64,000 nucleotides of DNA from Candidatus Tayloriibacteriota bacterium (GTDB lineage Bacteria; Patescibacteriota; Minisyncoccia; Phycocordibacterales; UBA6065): assembly GCA_016215405.1 (NCBI GenBank), contig JACRJQ010000007.1:150298-214297 (forward strand), read 5' to 3'. Of this stretch, positions 29,087-37,573 are shown one piece after another (the stretch's first letter is position 1; each line of letters opens with the position of its first letter). A program made the position numbers and the translations under genes. The notes beneath the pieces are model-generated. The model was not told the DNA's origin. It saw only the letters and a list, made by a program, of their open reading frames with translations, and did not search any database.

Positions 29087-30064
29087 TCAAGAGAGACTCT
29101 TTTTTATTTCTTTTAAAATTGTAGTTTCATTTTGATCGGGCGGAAATATCTGTCGAAGAGAATAAGGGAAATAACCTTTAACACCATTCCATATTCCTGC
29201 GTATTTACTCACTTCCCATGAACCGAAATGAGAAGGTTTTCCCTCGAGTTTATTTTTGACAATCTCAGGATCTGTCGGATTCACAATGTAAATACTGAGA
29301 CCGTATTCTTGCACACCCTTTAGCAGAATGTCGTTTATATGCGCGTCACCAAATCCATACCCAATCACAAGTAATTTCTTATTCTTTTCAAAGATCTGAC
29401 CCATAAATATTTCCATGTACCATTTCAACAATGGCTCCTGAGAAATGTTTTCGGATTTGTTCTTACCAATCACCATCTGATTACCTCCATTGGAGGAGGC
29501 CCAAGCATAGGACCCGTGTAATTTTATATAACTCGAATTATTTAAGTCTTTTTTTGCAGGCTCAGCCTCCTTGGGGAGGATGGCTTTTTTGGCATTTCCT
29601 TTAATTCCATAATCAAACACCTGTGCAACACCAGGAGAGCGATAGTCGTGCTGTCTCTCCATAAGTAAGTCTTGATTCAGAGTGAAAAACCAACCGCTCT
29701 CTGATCCCCTTTGGGATAAAAAACTCAACAAATCACCAAGCCCATAGATATTTAGAGCAAGAGGATTCTCCAAATTAAATGTCCAGCCTTTTATCGAGTC
29801 ATCAAGGTCTTTATATGCATCCTCCACGGCAACTCGCACCGCTTCTTTTGCCTCGGGTGTGTAGCGTCCTCCTGTAAGGACTATTGAATACACCGACTCA
29901 AAATCAAAGTCCTTCAATAACAAATCGCGCACATCAGGAATTGCCTGTAAGAGGGGGTTATTGAAAATTTTTGACCACATTTCACGCGCAAGAAAACCAC
30001 CAAAATTATGTGTGAAGCCGGCACCTGTTAGCAAAAGAACATTTCTCTGCATAGATTTAGTCAT
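29087..30064 (-). CDS. SIR2-like (SIR2_2 / DUF4020-type, ThsA-like NADase) domain protein
   Basis: LLLTGAGFT (cf. ThsA FAGAGLS), KLHGS (cf. KMHGD), VIGYGFGDAHINDIL (cf. VGFSFTDPNLDYIL). Start ATG 30062-30064 overlaps the upstream gene's stop (ATGACTAA). Confidence 0.8.
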   Translation of the reverse strand: MTKSMQRNVLLLTGAGFTHNFGGFLAREMWSKIFNNPLLQAIPDVRDLLLKDFDFESVYSIVLTGGRYTPEAKEAVRVAVEDAYKDLDDSIKGWTFNLENPLALNIYGLGDLLSFLSQRGSESGWFFTLNQDLLMERQHDYRSPGVAQVFDYGIKGNAKKAILPKEAEPAKKDLNNSSYIKLHGSYAWASSNGGNQMVIGKNKSENISQEPLLKWYMEIFMGQIFEKNKKLLVIGYGFGDAHINDILLKGVQEYGLSIYIVNPTDPEIVKNKLEGKPSHFGSWEVSKYAGIWNGVKGYFPYSLRQIFPPDQNETTILKEIKKSLS

Positions 30065-31505
30065 CGTAATCGCGCCAATTCTGCTTATCGTATTTTCCCC
30101 TTTCAACATATTCTACAAGCGTGTCGTAGAAAAAACGCGCATGGGCAGAACGATCACCTTCATTCAAATACCAGCCATTCTGCGTTCTTTTAATCTTATA
30201 GGTTAACCAATCAGAATTCTCGTTAGTCCCTTTCGGAATTAATCTCTTCAACATCGAATTTGAATATTCCGAGAAAAGCCACTGCCCCTTGTCATCAGAT
30301 GAGGAGGCGTTTGCCCTCACTGATCTAAGCACCTTTAGAAAAGTCTCTTTATTTCCATAAAGAGCGATTAATAACTTAATAGCAATATCTATACATTGGT
30401 TCCTACCATCCATGAAACTGTCCCTAATAAGGGCGCCCTTTTGTACCTCAACAAACTTATGTTGTATTGGTTTATACAGCTGGCGAAGGCTCACGTGACC
30501 CAAATCAAATGCCTTAAGTAACACCTCCTCCAAAAGATGTTTGGTTATTCCACTTCTACCCAGCGCATCTTTGAGATTTGGCTCATCATATTTTATTTTC
30601 TGGATGAGATCAGGTATTTTTTCAATAACTGCCTTTTTGTTATCGAACTCAAAGGGTTTAACGGTGAAGAATTTGTCGAAATAACCACCAAACTCGGTTG
30701 ACTCACCGTATCTGTGATGAAATATGCTCTCTACGTTCTTAATGTCAGCCACAATTATTATGTGATCGAAACCAAATTTGTTGTCTTCCTCACCTTCCAT
30801 CTGGGCTGATAACACGTTCAGTATGCGGAATATATGCTCGGGATCGATTCTGTCGAAGTCGTCCAATATCAAAACGCTTCTCTTTCCCGCTTTGTTGTTT
30901 TTTATCTTCTCGATCAGCAAGTGACTAAGATGATCGGTTGCAATCGAATCGTCAGACAATTCGATCTCCTTTATGAATTTATCAATAACGCCCTTATCAC
31001 CAGCTTGAAATTCTCTTTTAAACTCTTGGAATTTCCTGTCGAACACGAGCAAGTCTTTTATAGGCCGACCTAGTTTGCTCAATGCCTGTACTAATGGGTC
31101 TGGAGACAGGGAGAGCGCCGCTTCAGTGGTGCCAACGATTGATTGAAGCGTTGAGTTTATTGACCCTCTTTCTTTGCAAAAAGAGAGAAATAGCCTAGTA
31201 GAATCTTTTATGCCCTTGGAAACATTACCCTGAAAACACTCAGGGTCCTTTTTAAGCAGTTCTACTAAAATATCGTATTTTAGTAGATTAATTATATTTT
31301 CATTTGATGAAATCTGATATCTGACTGGATACAGATGATAGACATCATATTTTTCTTTAAAACCATCAAAGAAAGTCTGTAGGAAAAAAGTCTTTCCACA
31401 CCCAAATTTGCCAGAGAAAAAAATACGCCTGTTTTTCTCTTCAGATAAAAAAGCTTCAAATTTACTCTTTGGTCCGTCTATTGAAATAAGGTTTTCTTGT
31501 TCCAT
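30057..31505 (-). CDS. KAP-family P-loop NTPase
   Basis: Walker A FSGKFGCGKT and KAP-type Walker B VLILDDFDRIDPEHIFRILNVL. Start placed at MEQENLIS (ATG 31503-31505) because the upstream ORF extension overlaps a tRNA-like structure. Confidence 0.78.
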   Translation of the reverse strand: MEQENLISIDGPKSKFEAFLSEEKNRRIFFSGKFGCGKTFFLQTFFDGFKEKYDVYHLYPVRYQISSNENIINLLKYDILVELLKKDPECFQGNVSKGIKDSTRLFLSFCKERGSINSTLQSIVGTTEAALSLSPDPLVQALSKLGRPIKDLLVFDRKFQEFKREFQAGDKGVIDKFIKEIELSDDSIATDHLSHLLIEKIKNNKAGKRSVLILDDFDRIDPEHIFRILNVLSAQMEGEEDNKFGFDHIIIVADIKNVESIFHHRYGESTEFGGYFDKFFTVKPFEFDNKKAVIEKIPDLIQKIKYDEPNLKDALGRSGITKHLLEEVLLKAFDLGHVSLRQLYKPIQHKFVEVQKGALIRDSFMDGRNQCIDIAIKLLIALYGNKETFLKVLRSVRANASSSDDKGQWLFSEYSNSMLKRLIPKGTNENSDWLTYKIKRTQNGWYLNEGDRSAHARFFYDTLVEYVERGKYDKQNWRDYDD

Positions 31506-31511
31506 ATTTGC

Positions 31512-31609
31512 TGCGAGAATGGGGATCGAACCCATATTTTTTCCTTTCAAGATATTCAACAATGTGAGTACCTTGAAAGGGAAATGTGCTACCGTTACAC
31601 CATCTCGCA
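31512..31609 (-). tRNA. tRNA-like element: tRNA-Glu(UUC)-like cloverleaf with a 28-nt insertion after the anticodon loop (possible intron-containing or degenerate tRNA)
   Basis: Manual fold: acceptor TGCGAGA/TCTCGCA, D-arm GTGT-AACGGTA-GCAC, anticodon arm TTTCC-CTTTCAA-[28 nt]-GGAAA, T-arm ATGGG-TTCGATC-CCCAT. No CCA. Confidence 0.4.
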
Positions 31610-31625
31610 ATATCACTTTGATATC

Positions 31626-32156
31626 TCAGGTCATCAAAGCGATGAGCTTCTCAAGGTCCACAATTTTTTTCTTTTGCGAATCGACGAGTGTTTTCGGAAA
31701 TACTTTCTCATATTCAGTAGGGTCGTTGCGGCGTTTATGGTCGATGTATTTTGATTCGAATTCCGACTTGCACCATGCTGATGTTTTGTCTGAATAAGAC
31801 TTCCCGTCATTAAGTATTGAGAGAAGCACTGCCTCCAAGCAGGGTGTAATCTCAATAAGCTCAATGCCTCTTTCTTTTGCTTGCTTTCGAGCTCGCCTAA
31901 TTTCCTCTTCGCCCTTATCGTTATCAAGGACAACGACCTTGCGATCAAAGGCCCCTGGAATCTTGTCCGCATCCATAACCACATTCTCTGGTGCGCCCCC
32001 TTTGCCTTTTCGGATAGTAACGGCAACCCCAGTATCCCTCGAATAAATAGATTTGAGATATTTAAGGAATACCTCTTCGCACATCCCCTCCCCAAAAACC
32101 AAAAGCATCCTACTTGCGACACGTCGTTTATGCTTTTGTGGATTTGAGCGAGACAT
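31626..32156 (-). CDS. RloB-like / DUF4276-like Toprim-type small protein (partner of an AAA_21 ATPase)
   Basis: N-terminal MLLVFGEGMCEEVF (E-G-x-x-E) and VVVLDNDKGEEE (DxD) in Toprim-like spacing; 176 aa; 9 nt downstream of the ATPase gene. Confidence 0.5.
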   Translation of the reverse strand: MSRSNPQKHKRRVASRMLLVFGEGMCEEVFLKYLKSIYSRDTGVAVTIRKGKGGAPENVVMDADKIPGAFDRKVVVLDNDKGEEEIRRARKQAKERGIELIEITPCLEAVLLSILNDGKSYSDKTSAWCKSEFESKYIDHKRRNDPTEYEKVFPKTLVDSQKKKIVDLEKLIALMT

Positions 32157-32164
32157 GAACGACT

Positions 32165-33370
32165 TTAGATCTTAGGCACGGCGCCATAAGCACCTGCAAG
32201 GTACTTGGTGTAGTAATTGTCATCTGCTCGAACGCCCTCCATCTCGTCGAGCCGCCAAGATTCGCTCATGCCCTTTGAGTTTTTCTCAATCAGAATGATC
32301 TGATATTTATCAAGCTTACTCAATATCTGATGACTATGTGTACTGAATAGAAGCTGAGCGTTCTTCGGATTTAGCTCTGGTTCGATGAACATATCGAAGA
32401 GCGCCAACATCATGTCAGGATGTAAGCTGACGTCGAATTCATCCAATACCGCAATACCTCCTTTTTCGAGGGCAACAAGAATGTGTTTAAGAAGCACGAA
32501 GAGCTGTTTGGTGCCCGAGGACTCTTGATCAAAAGGTAGATTAACCTTCTCGTCTCCAAATGAATGTGAGACGGAAACATTCATGAGAAAATCGTTTGGA
32601 TTTTTTGATTTTTCTATTTCGAAGGCATTAAGGCCCAGATCAAATCGAGACAGCATTTTTTCGGCCGCTTTCTTGAGTTTGTCGTTTTCACTATAAAACT
32701 TGAAAGCCATAGCCTGTTGTATTGTGTTGTGAATACCGTGACCGCCAACCCAACCCACAGGTCCGACGTTTGTCTCGAGTTTCTGCCAATAATTTGCTAT
32801 ATCCTGGCTTTCTTTGTGATTGAGTCGTATCGCGACCGCAACTACACTCGCATTTGAGCGGAGTAGTGTCTCGGATCCCTTTGGGAGGTCAAAGTTTGCA
32901 TCATCAAGTTCATAGGAGTTAATACCTTCGTTCCAAGATCGAGAAAACATCTTTTTATTCGATTTCTTCTCGTTAGCCATACTTACCAGGCGAAGGTCCT
33001 CAGACGTAATCTTATTTTTGTTCAGTGTGAAGCTGTAAGTATAAACACCCCTTTCTATCTCAAACACTACTGATATCTCTGTGGGCAAGCTCTTGTGTTC
33101 ATTCAAGGCAAAGCAATTTATCGGCAAGGCCTGCTGAGGATTCATTTCAAATGAATCAACGATAAGCCACTTTAAAAATGGAATTACTTTTAGAAGATTT
33201 GTTTTACCCGAGGCATTGGGTCCTATGATCGTTTCGACTTTTGAGAGCCGTGTCCCAAGAGGGGTAGTAAAGTAAGAGTTATTCTTAGGCGCATTATCGT
33301 TCACAACAAAACTCAGAGTGTTTTCCTCACCCAAAGAATAGAAATTCTTGCAAGAAATTGAATGTATCAT
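32165..33370 (-). CDS. AAA_21-type ABC ATPase (RloA/AbiLi/OLD-ATPase-like)
   Basis: Walker A GPNASGKTNLL, Walker B/D-loop IAVLDEFDVSLHP, H-loop FSTHS. Confidence 0.8.
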   Translation of the reverse strand: MIHSISCKNFYSLGEENTLSFVVNDNAPKNNSYFTTPLGTRLSKVETIIGPNASGKTNLLKVIPFLKWLIVDSFEMNPQQALPINCFALNEHKSLPTEISVVFEIERGVYTYSFTLNKNKITSEDLRLVSMANEKKSNKKMFSRSWNEGINSYELDDANFDLPKGSETLLRSNASVVAVAIRLNHKESQDIANYWQKLETNVGPVGWVGGHGIHNTIQQAMAFKFYSENDKLKKAAEKMLSRFDLGLNAFEIEKSKNPNDFLMNVSVSHSFGDEKVNLPFDQESSGTKQLFVLLKHILVALEKGGIAVLDEFDVSLHPDMMLALFDMFIEPELNPKNAQLLFSTHSHQILSKLDKYQIILIEKNSKGMSESWRLDEMEGVRADDNYYTKYLAGAYGAVPKI

Positions 33371-33596
33371 GTTTTTATTGTGGCCTTTGCTTAATCGGTA
33401 CTATACCTCTATATACGAATATTGCAAGCTTTTATACATAAAATTGTATAAAACGACACAAAAATAGTTAATTGAATACGGCTTAAGAAAGTAGGGCTTT
33501 ATTAAGCCACCAGATAAGGGTCATTTGAGAGGGTGCGCCAGAATTATAAAAGCCAAGAGAGTACTCGTGAAAACTCTTGGAAGGGTGTAATTGATT

Positions 33597-33945
33597 TGTA
33601 GAAACTAATCAACCGCTCGCGCAAGAATTATCTCCCTCGGAAGATCGACACGCCAAGTTCGTTGAGCTTACCCAGAAGACGTTCGAGTTCGCCGCCTATG
33701 CTCACAAGGCTTTTATCGCTCCAAACGCCGATTCAATGCTTAAAAGGGAGATATTCCTCGCACTCGGTAAGAACCATTCGATAACGGGCCAAATACTTCG
33801 AATAGAGCCGTATGAATGGCTCGAACCTATAAAGTCCTGCTACCCAGCCTTGAAAGCTGAATATGACGCGTTGGAACTCAATATACCCGACAGTTTGGCG
33901 CGAGCAGAGGCATTAGCTCAAATTCGTACCACTTGGGGTGGCTAG
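33597..33945 (+). pseudogene. open frame without ATG start until 33736 (possible 3' remnant of a gene disrupted at the island boundary, or small gene with non-canonical start)
   Basis: Reading frame open from the TGA at ~33594 to the stop at 33945 (≈115 codons); only the Met-initiated part (33736..33945) appears in the ORF track. Confidence 0.25.
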
Positions 33946-34084
33946 AGAGATCACGGATACGTTTATCAATTCTTACAGAATCTGTACACCTTTCCCAATT
34001 CTTCGGATGGAAATCCTCAGAATTATGGGAGAAGGTTTTCGATTCTCTCACGCGAGCCGCCCCGGGCTCGCTTAGCCATCCACT

Positions 34085-34108
34085 CAAAAACCCGCTCGCG
34101 CGGGTTTT
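34085..34108. terminator. bidirectional terminator hairpin downstream of tRNA-His
   Basis: aaaaacccgc-tcgc-gcgggtttttt. Confidence 0.6.
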
Positions 34109-34114
34109 TTCGTG

Positions 34115-34186
34115 GGTGGCTAGAGAGAATCGAACTCTCGATATCGGTTCCACAAACCGAAGTTTTACCACTAAACTATAGCCACC
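34115..34186 (-). tRNA. tRNA-His (anticodon GUG) with the extra 5' G-1
   Basis: GGTGGCTA...anticodon loop UUGUGGA...GAGTTCGATTCTCTCTAGCCACC. Confidence 0.85.
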
Positions 34187-34349
34187 ATATTTACCGAGTC
34201 AGCCGAATCTTTATAGCAGATTTAGCCTGAAAAATCGAGGATTCGGAAGAAGAGAGGCCTTGAGTGTAAGAATTTATGAAGACTTTCCCTCGACTCGAAT
34301 TTCGGCAGCGCGCACAAATGAAAAGAGGCCTTGCGGCCCTTTTCATTTG

Positions 34350-34433
34350 TGCGCGGGAGAGGACTTGAACCTCCATGCCTGTGAAGGCGCTACCACCTCA
34401 AGGTAGTGCGTCTGCCAATTTCGCCACCCGCGC
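34350..34433 (-). tRNA. tRNA-Leu (anticodon GAG), long variable arm
   Basis: GCGCGGGTGGCGAAATTGGCAGACGC...CUACC-UUGAGGU-GGUAG...long variable arm...GGTTCAAGTCCTCTCCCGCGCA. Confidence 0.85.
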
Positions 34434-34485
34434 ATTTCGAACTTGCCAAGGCATAATAGCCGAAAGCCTCCTTATTTTCAAGCTC

Positions 34486-34510
34486 AAAAGAAAAAACCCG
34501 CTTTCGCGGG
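34486..34510 (-). terminator. rho-independent terminator downstream of rplS
   Basis: Minus strand ccccgc-gaaa-gcgggg followed by TTTTTTC. Confidence 0.6.
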
Positions 34511-34517
34511 GATTTCC

Positions 34518-34949
34518 TTATTTCGCTGCGACAGGGGCTTCTGCGGCCTCCTCCTTCTTCGGCGACTTCACCACATCGGTGTTGCCTCCCTTTACGGATC
34601 GGAGATTTCGCATCTGGCGGCGGATCTCCTTTGCTGCCTTCTCGCGGACGAAGTAGAGCTTCGAGCGGCGGACCTTCGAGCGGCGAATGATCTCGATCTC
34701 GTCTATCGTCGGGGAGTAGAGCGGGAATATCCTCTCTACGCCGATGCCGTCGACCGACTTTCGGACGGTAAACGTAGCGCCGGCCTCGTCGCCGTGCTTC
34801 CTCGAAAGGATGAGTCCCTCGAACGCCTGGAGTCGGGTCTTATCGCCTTCCTTGATCTTCTGCCATACGCGGACGGTGTCGCCGGAACGGAGCTCGAGCT
34901 TTCGGCGAGCTTCCATGTCTATAGGCGATGTGACTACTTTGCTTTCCAT
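34518..34949 (-). CDS. rplS: 50S ribosomal protein L19 with Lys-rich C-terminal tail
   Basis: [32 protein letters not shown]...TFTVRK L19 signature. Confidence 0.9.
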   Translation of the reverse strand: MESKVVTSPIDMEARRKLELRSGDTVRVWQKIKEGDKTRLQAFEGLILSRKHGDEAGATFTVRKSVDGIGVERIFPLYSPTIDEIEIIRRSKVRRSKLYFVREKAAKEIRRQMRNLRSVKGGNTDVVKSPKKEEAAEAPVAAK

Positions 34950-35070
34950 GAGTTTCTATTAATTAACGTGGTCGTTAATCTAACATAACGGCCCGAAATG
35001 AGCAAGAAAATCGGCGTTTTCTTGAAAATGTGGGCGAAATAGGCTATCGTTCATCTGTTTCCCGCTATAT

Positions 35071-35143
35071 GCGCCCTTAGCTCAGTTGGTAGAGCAGCTC
35101 ATTTACACTGAGAAGGTCGGGGGTTCAAGTCCCTCAGGGCGCA
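35071..35143 (+). tRNA. tRNA-Val (anticodon UAC)
   Basis: GCGCCCTTAGCTCAGTTGGTAGAGC...anticodon loop UUUACAC...GGGGGTTCAAGTCCCTCAGGGCGCA. Confidence 0.85.
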
Positions 35144-35152
35144 CAAATTTGA

Positions 35153-35179
35153 AAAATCCTGCCAGTGGCAGGATTTTTC
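35153..35179 (+). terminator. rho-independent terminator after tRNA-Val
   Basis: aaaaatcctgcc-agtg-gcaggattttt. Confidence 0.7.
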
Positions 35180-35352
35180 GTTTGTGCGAGCCGCAGCCAT
35201 ATTTTCCGTTTCGGAAAATGGCGAGGCGGGGTCGCGGACGTTTCGAGCGACGGCGAGAAACGATCCGTGACCACAAACACATCTCACGGAATCCAAAATG
35301 GAGCCCTCCCTCTTCTTTGTAGCCCCACCTCTATCTGTCGTATAATCTCTTC

Positions 35353-35901
35353 ATGGAACATACGCACACCAAGCACGAAGAGAATCAGGAGATATTCATA
35401 AGGCTCGAGCACTACGACGATATCTTCTCTGACTTCGACATCCGCCCGTATTCAAAGAGAGCCCTCTCGGTCGACTTCCTCGACGAGATAAAGAGGGCTT
35501 CGCAAGACAAGGTCATCGGAGGCATCGACCTCGTGCTCCACATGCACGAGAAGGACCGCAGCGAATCCCACGAGGTTACGATCCGCGAGCGGCTCGCCGC
35601 GCATTTCAAAAAGCATCACCACCTGCTTCTAAAAGAGAAGAAAGGAGTCGTGAAGCTCGGCAGCGGCATGGTCTCGGTCGGCGTCCTCTTCATGGTCGCC
35701 GCCACCTATATCGTATTCAAGGACCCCGAGAAGAGCGCCCTTATGTCCTTTCTCCTCGTCTTTCTCGAACCGGCCGCATGGTTCCTCCTCTGGGAAGGCA
35801 TGGATCAGATCATCTTCAAATCGAAAGGGATAAACCCCGAATTGGATTTCTATCGCAAGATGTCCGACTCGCACGTGCGAGTGCATTTCAAGTCCTACTA
35901 G
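35353..35901 (+). CDS. hypothetical protein with C-terminal two-TM hairpin
   Basis: 182 aa, His-rich N-terminus, no motif recognised. Confidence 0.4.
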   Translation: MEHTHTKHEENQEIFIRLEHYDDIFSDFDIRPYSKRALSVDFLDEIKRASQDKVIGGIDLVLHMHEKDRSESHEVTIRERLAAHFKKHHHLLLKEKKGVVKLGSGMVSVGVLFMVAATYIVFKDPEKSALMSFLLVFLEPAAWFLLWEGMDQIIFKSKGINPELDFYRKMSDSHVRVHFKSY

Positions 35902-36530
35902 AAGGCCTTCCCCGCGAGGCGTAGAACATAGAGGCAGGCGATGAGAGCCGCCTGCACGATGATTCCTGCCATAATGAGACTTAGCGCGAAGAGGCCTATC
36001 TGAGCGAGGGCGGGCACCGGTATAAAAAAGAGGATGACGAGAGCGGGCCAGATATTCTTTATGTCTCGCGTCGACGGCCCGATCATCGCCCCTACGTTCA
36101 AAAGAAGGAGCGCGAGGGCCCAGCTCTGCCATTCATAGATCCGCATCTGGCCCAGAAGCTCTAGAGGCTCCCGCAACAGGGATCTCCAATCGAGGACGGC
36201 CTCAAAAGAGAAGTGGCCGCCGAGGACGAATCGGTTGACGAGAAACAAGAAGAGGAGCCCGCCGAAGAGAGGGGCGATGGAGATGAGCGTGCTTCCTATG
36301 AGAGGCAATTTCGGCTTGCCGTGCGTCACGTGCGGCTGCGCGGAAAAGACCTGAAATTCGGATATCTTTGCGCCCGTAAGGAGGCAAAGGACGGCGTGCG
36401 ATCCTTCATGGACGAACGCGCCGAGATAGTAGAGAAGCCTCGTAAGGGCAGAATCGAGGAATCTCCAATTGAGCCAATTGCTCGCATAGCCTGCAAGGAC
36501 GACGAGGAGGATGACTAACCCGGAGCTCAT
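35898..36530 (-). CDS. membrane metalloprotease-like protein (HEGSH HExxH motif in a TM helix; M50-like)
   Basis: FVHEGSHAV motif, six predicted TM segments. Confidence 0.45.
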   Translation of the reverse strand: MSSGLVILLVVLAGYASNWLNWRFLDSALTRLLYYLGAFVHEGSHAVLCLLTGAKISEFQVFSAQPHVTHGKPKLPLIGSTLISIAPLFGGLLFLFLVNRFVLGGHFSFEAVLDWRSLLREPLELLGQMRIYEWQSWALALLLLNVGAMIGPSTRDIKNIWPALVILFFIPVPALAQIGLFALSLIMAGIIVQAALIACLYVLRLAGKAF

Positions 36531-36587
36531 GATGGCTTTAGGATATCACAGGAGCAACCCCTCGCTTTTTCGGCATATAATAGAGCT

Positions 36588-37502
36588 ATGAAAAAAGCGA
36601 TCATCGTACTTGCGTTATCAGCCGCTTTCACGGCTTCGGTCCAAGCTGCCTGCGTCGATATCGCCACAGATCTCGGCCCCAGGTCGGAAGGCGCCTCCGT
36701 CACCAGCCTGCAGAATCTCCTAAAGGATTCCGGATATCTCTCGGCGACGCCCAACGGCTACTTCGGGCCCGCGACAGAGGCGGCGGTGAAGAAATTCCAA
36801 TCGGCGAACGGAATAAGCCCGACGGGATTCGTAGGGCCCTCGACCCGCGCGAAGATAAAATCCTCGACATGCTCCGCGTCACAGGCCGGTCAGGCGCCTC
36901 AAGGCTCTTCCTCGAAGCCGTACGGCGTGACGTCGCCTAGAGCCGGAGAAGCGCTCTCCATAGGCAAGAGCCATAAGGTCTCCTGGGCGACGGAGATAAA
37001 GTCGGATTACAGCATCATCCTCGAGGACGACAAAGGCGTCGCCCAGGGCTTTATCACCTCGAACCAGGTAGGAGGCAAGAGCTTCACATGGAAGGTCGGC
37101 AAGCTCTCGACCGCAAGCGGCGACAAGAACGCCCTGCCCGGGACGTACCGCATCCGCATCCAAAAGACCTCTTCGGGGGCGACAGCCGACGACGAGACGA
37201 GCGGATATTTCACGATAGCCGCGCAAGGCCTCACGGTATCGAGCATCCTGCCTTCGACCGTGGCGCCCGACTCGAATTCCGTCGTCGTCCTGTATGGATC
37301 CGGGTTCACGGCTTCGACGTTCGTCTACCTCGATGGCATAAGGAACATACAGACATCGCGGCTCTTCGTCTCTCCGGACGGAAAAGTCATCGTATTCGCC
37401 CTTCCCGAAGGGGTATCCTCAGGCGCGCACTACATCTCGCTTAAGAACGGATACGAGAGCGTCGAGAACGCCGGCCGCATACGCGTAGAAGAGAGAGACT
37501 AG
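36588..37502 (+). CDS. secreted protein: N-terminal peptidoglycan-binding domain plus beta-rich (Ig/IPT-like) C-terminal region
   Basis: Signal peptide; LQNLLKDSGYL...GYFGPATEAAVKKFQ PG_binding_1 motif. Confidence 0.65.
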   Translation: MKKAIIVLALSAAFTASVQAACVDIATDLGPRSEGASVTSLQNLLKDSGYLSATPNGYFGPATEAAVKKFQSANGISPTGFVGPSTRAKIKSSTCSASQAGQAPQGSSSKPYGVTSPRAGEALSIGKSHKVSWATEIKSDYSIILEDDKGVAQGFITSNQVGGKSFTWKVGKLSTASGDKNALPGTYRIRIQKTSSGATADDETSGYFTIAAQGLTVSSILPSTVAPDSNSVVVLYGSGFTASTFVYLDGIRNIQTSRLFVSPDGKVIVFALPEGVSSGAHYISLKNGYESVENAGRIRVEERD

Positions 37503-37573
37503 CGCGTCTGCCTGGCTATAGAGCCGGGCTTCGTTTAGGATAGAAGGCCTCTAGCATAAGATATAATCACCCC

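Larger units (their letters stand above)
29040..33520. mobile_element. low-GC (~40% vs ~60% flanks) genomic island carrying two defence-like gene pairs; no integrase or transposase in the window
   Basis: Abrupt composition shift visible by eye (long A/T runs), all four genes on the minus strand; a tRNA His/Leu/Val cluster lies 0.6 kb to the right. Confidence 0.6.

Noticed and set aside
31506-31616. 37-codon N-terminal extension of the KAP NTPase ORF
   Set aside because: It overlaps a well-folding tRNA-like cloverleaf, and starting at MEQENL puts the Walker A ~33 residues from the start, as in other KAP NTPases.
33933-34181. 82-aa + ORF overlapping tRNA-His and its terminator
   Set aside because: It overlaps a structurally clear tRNA gene; no coding features.
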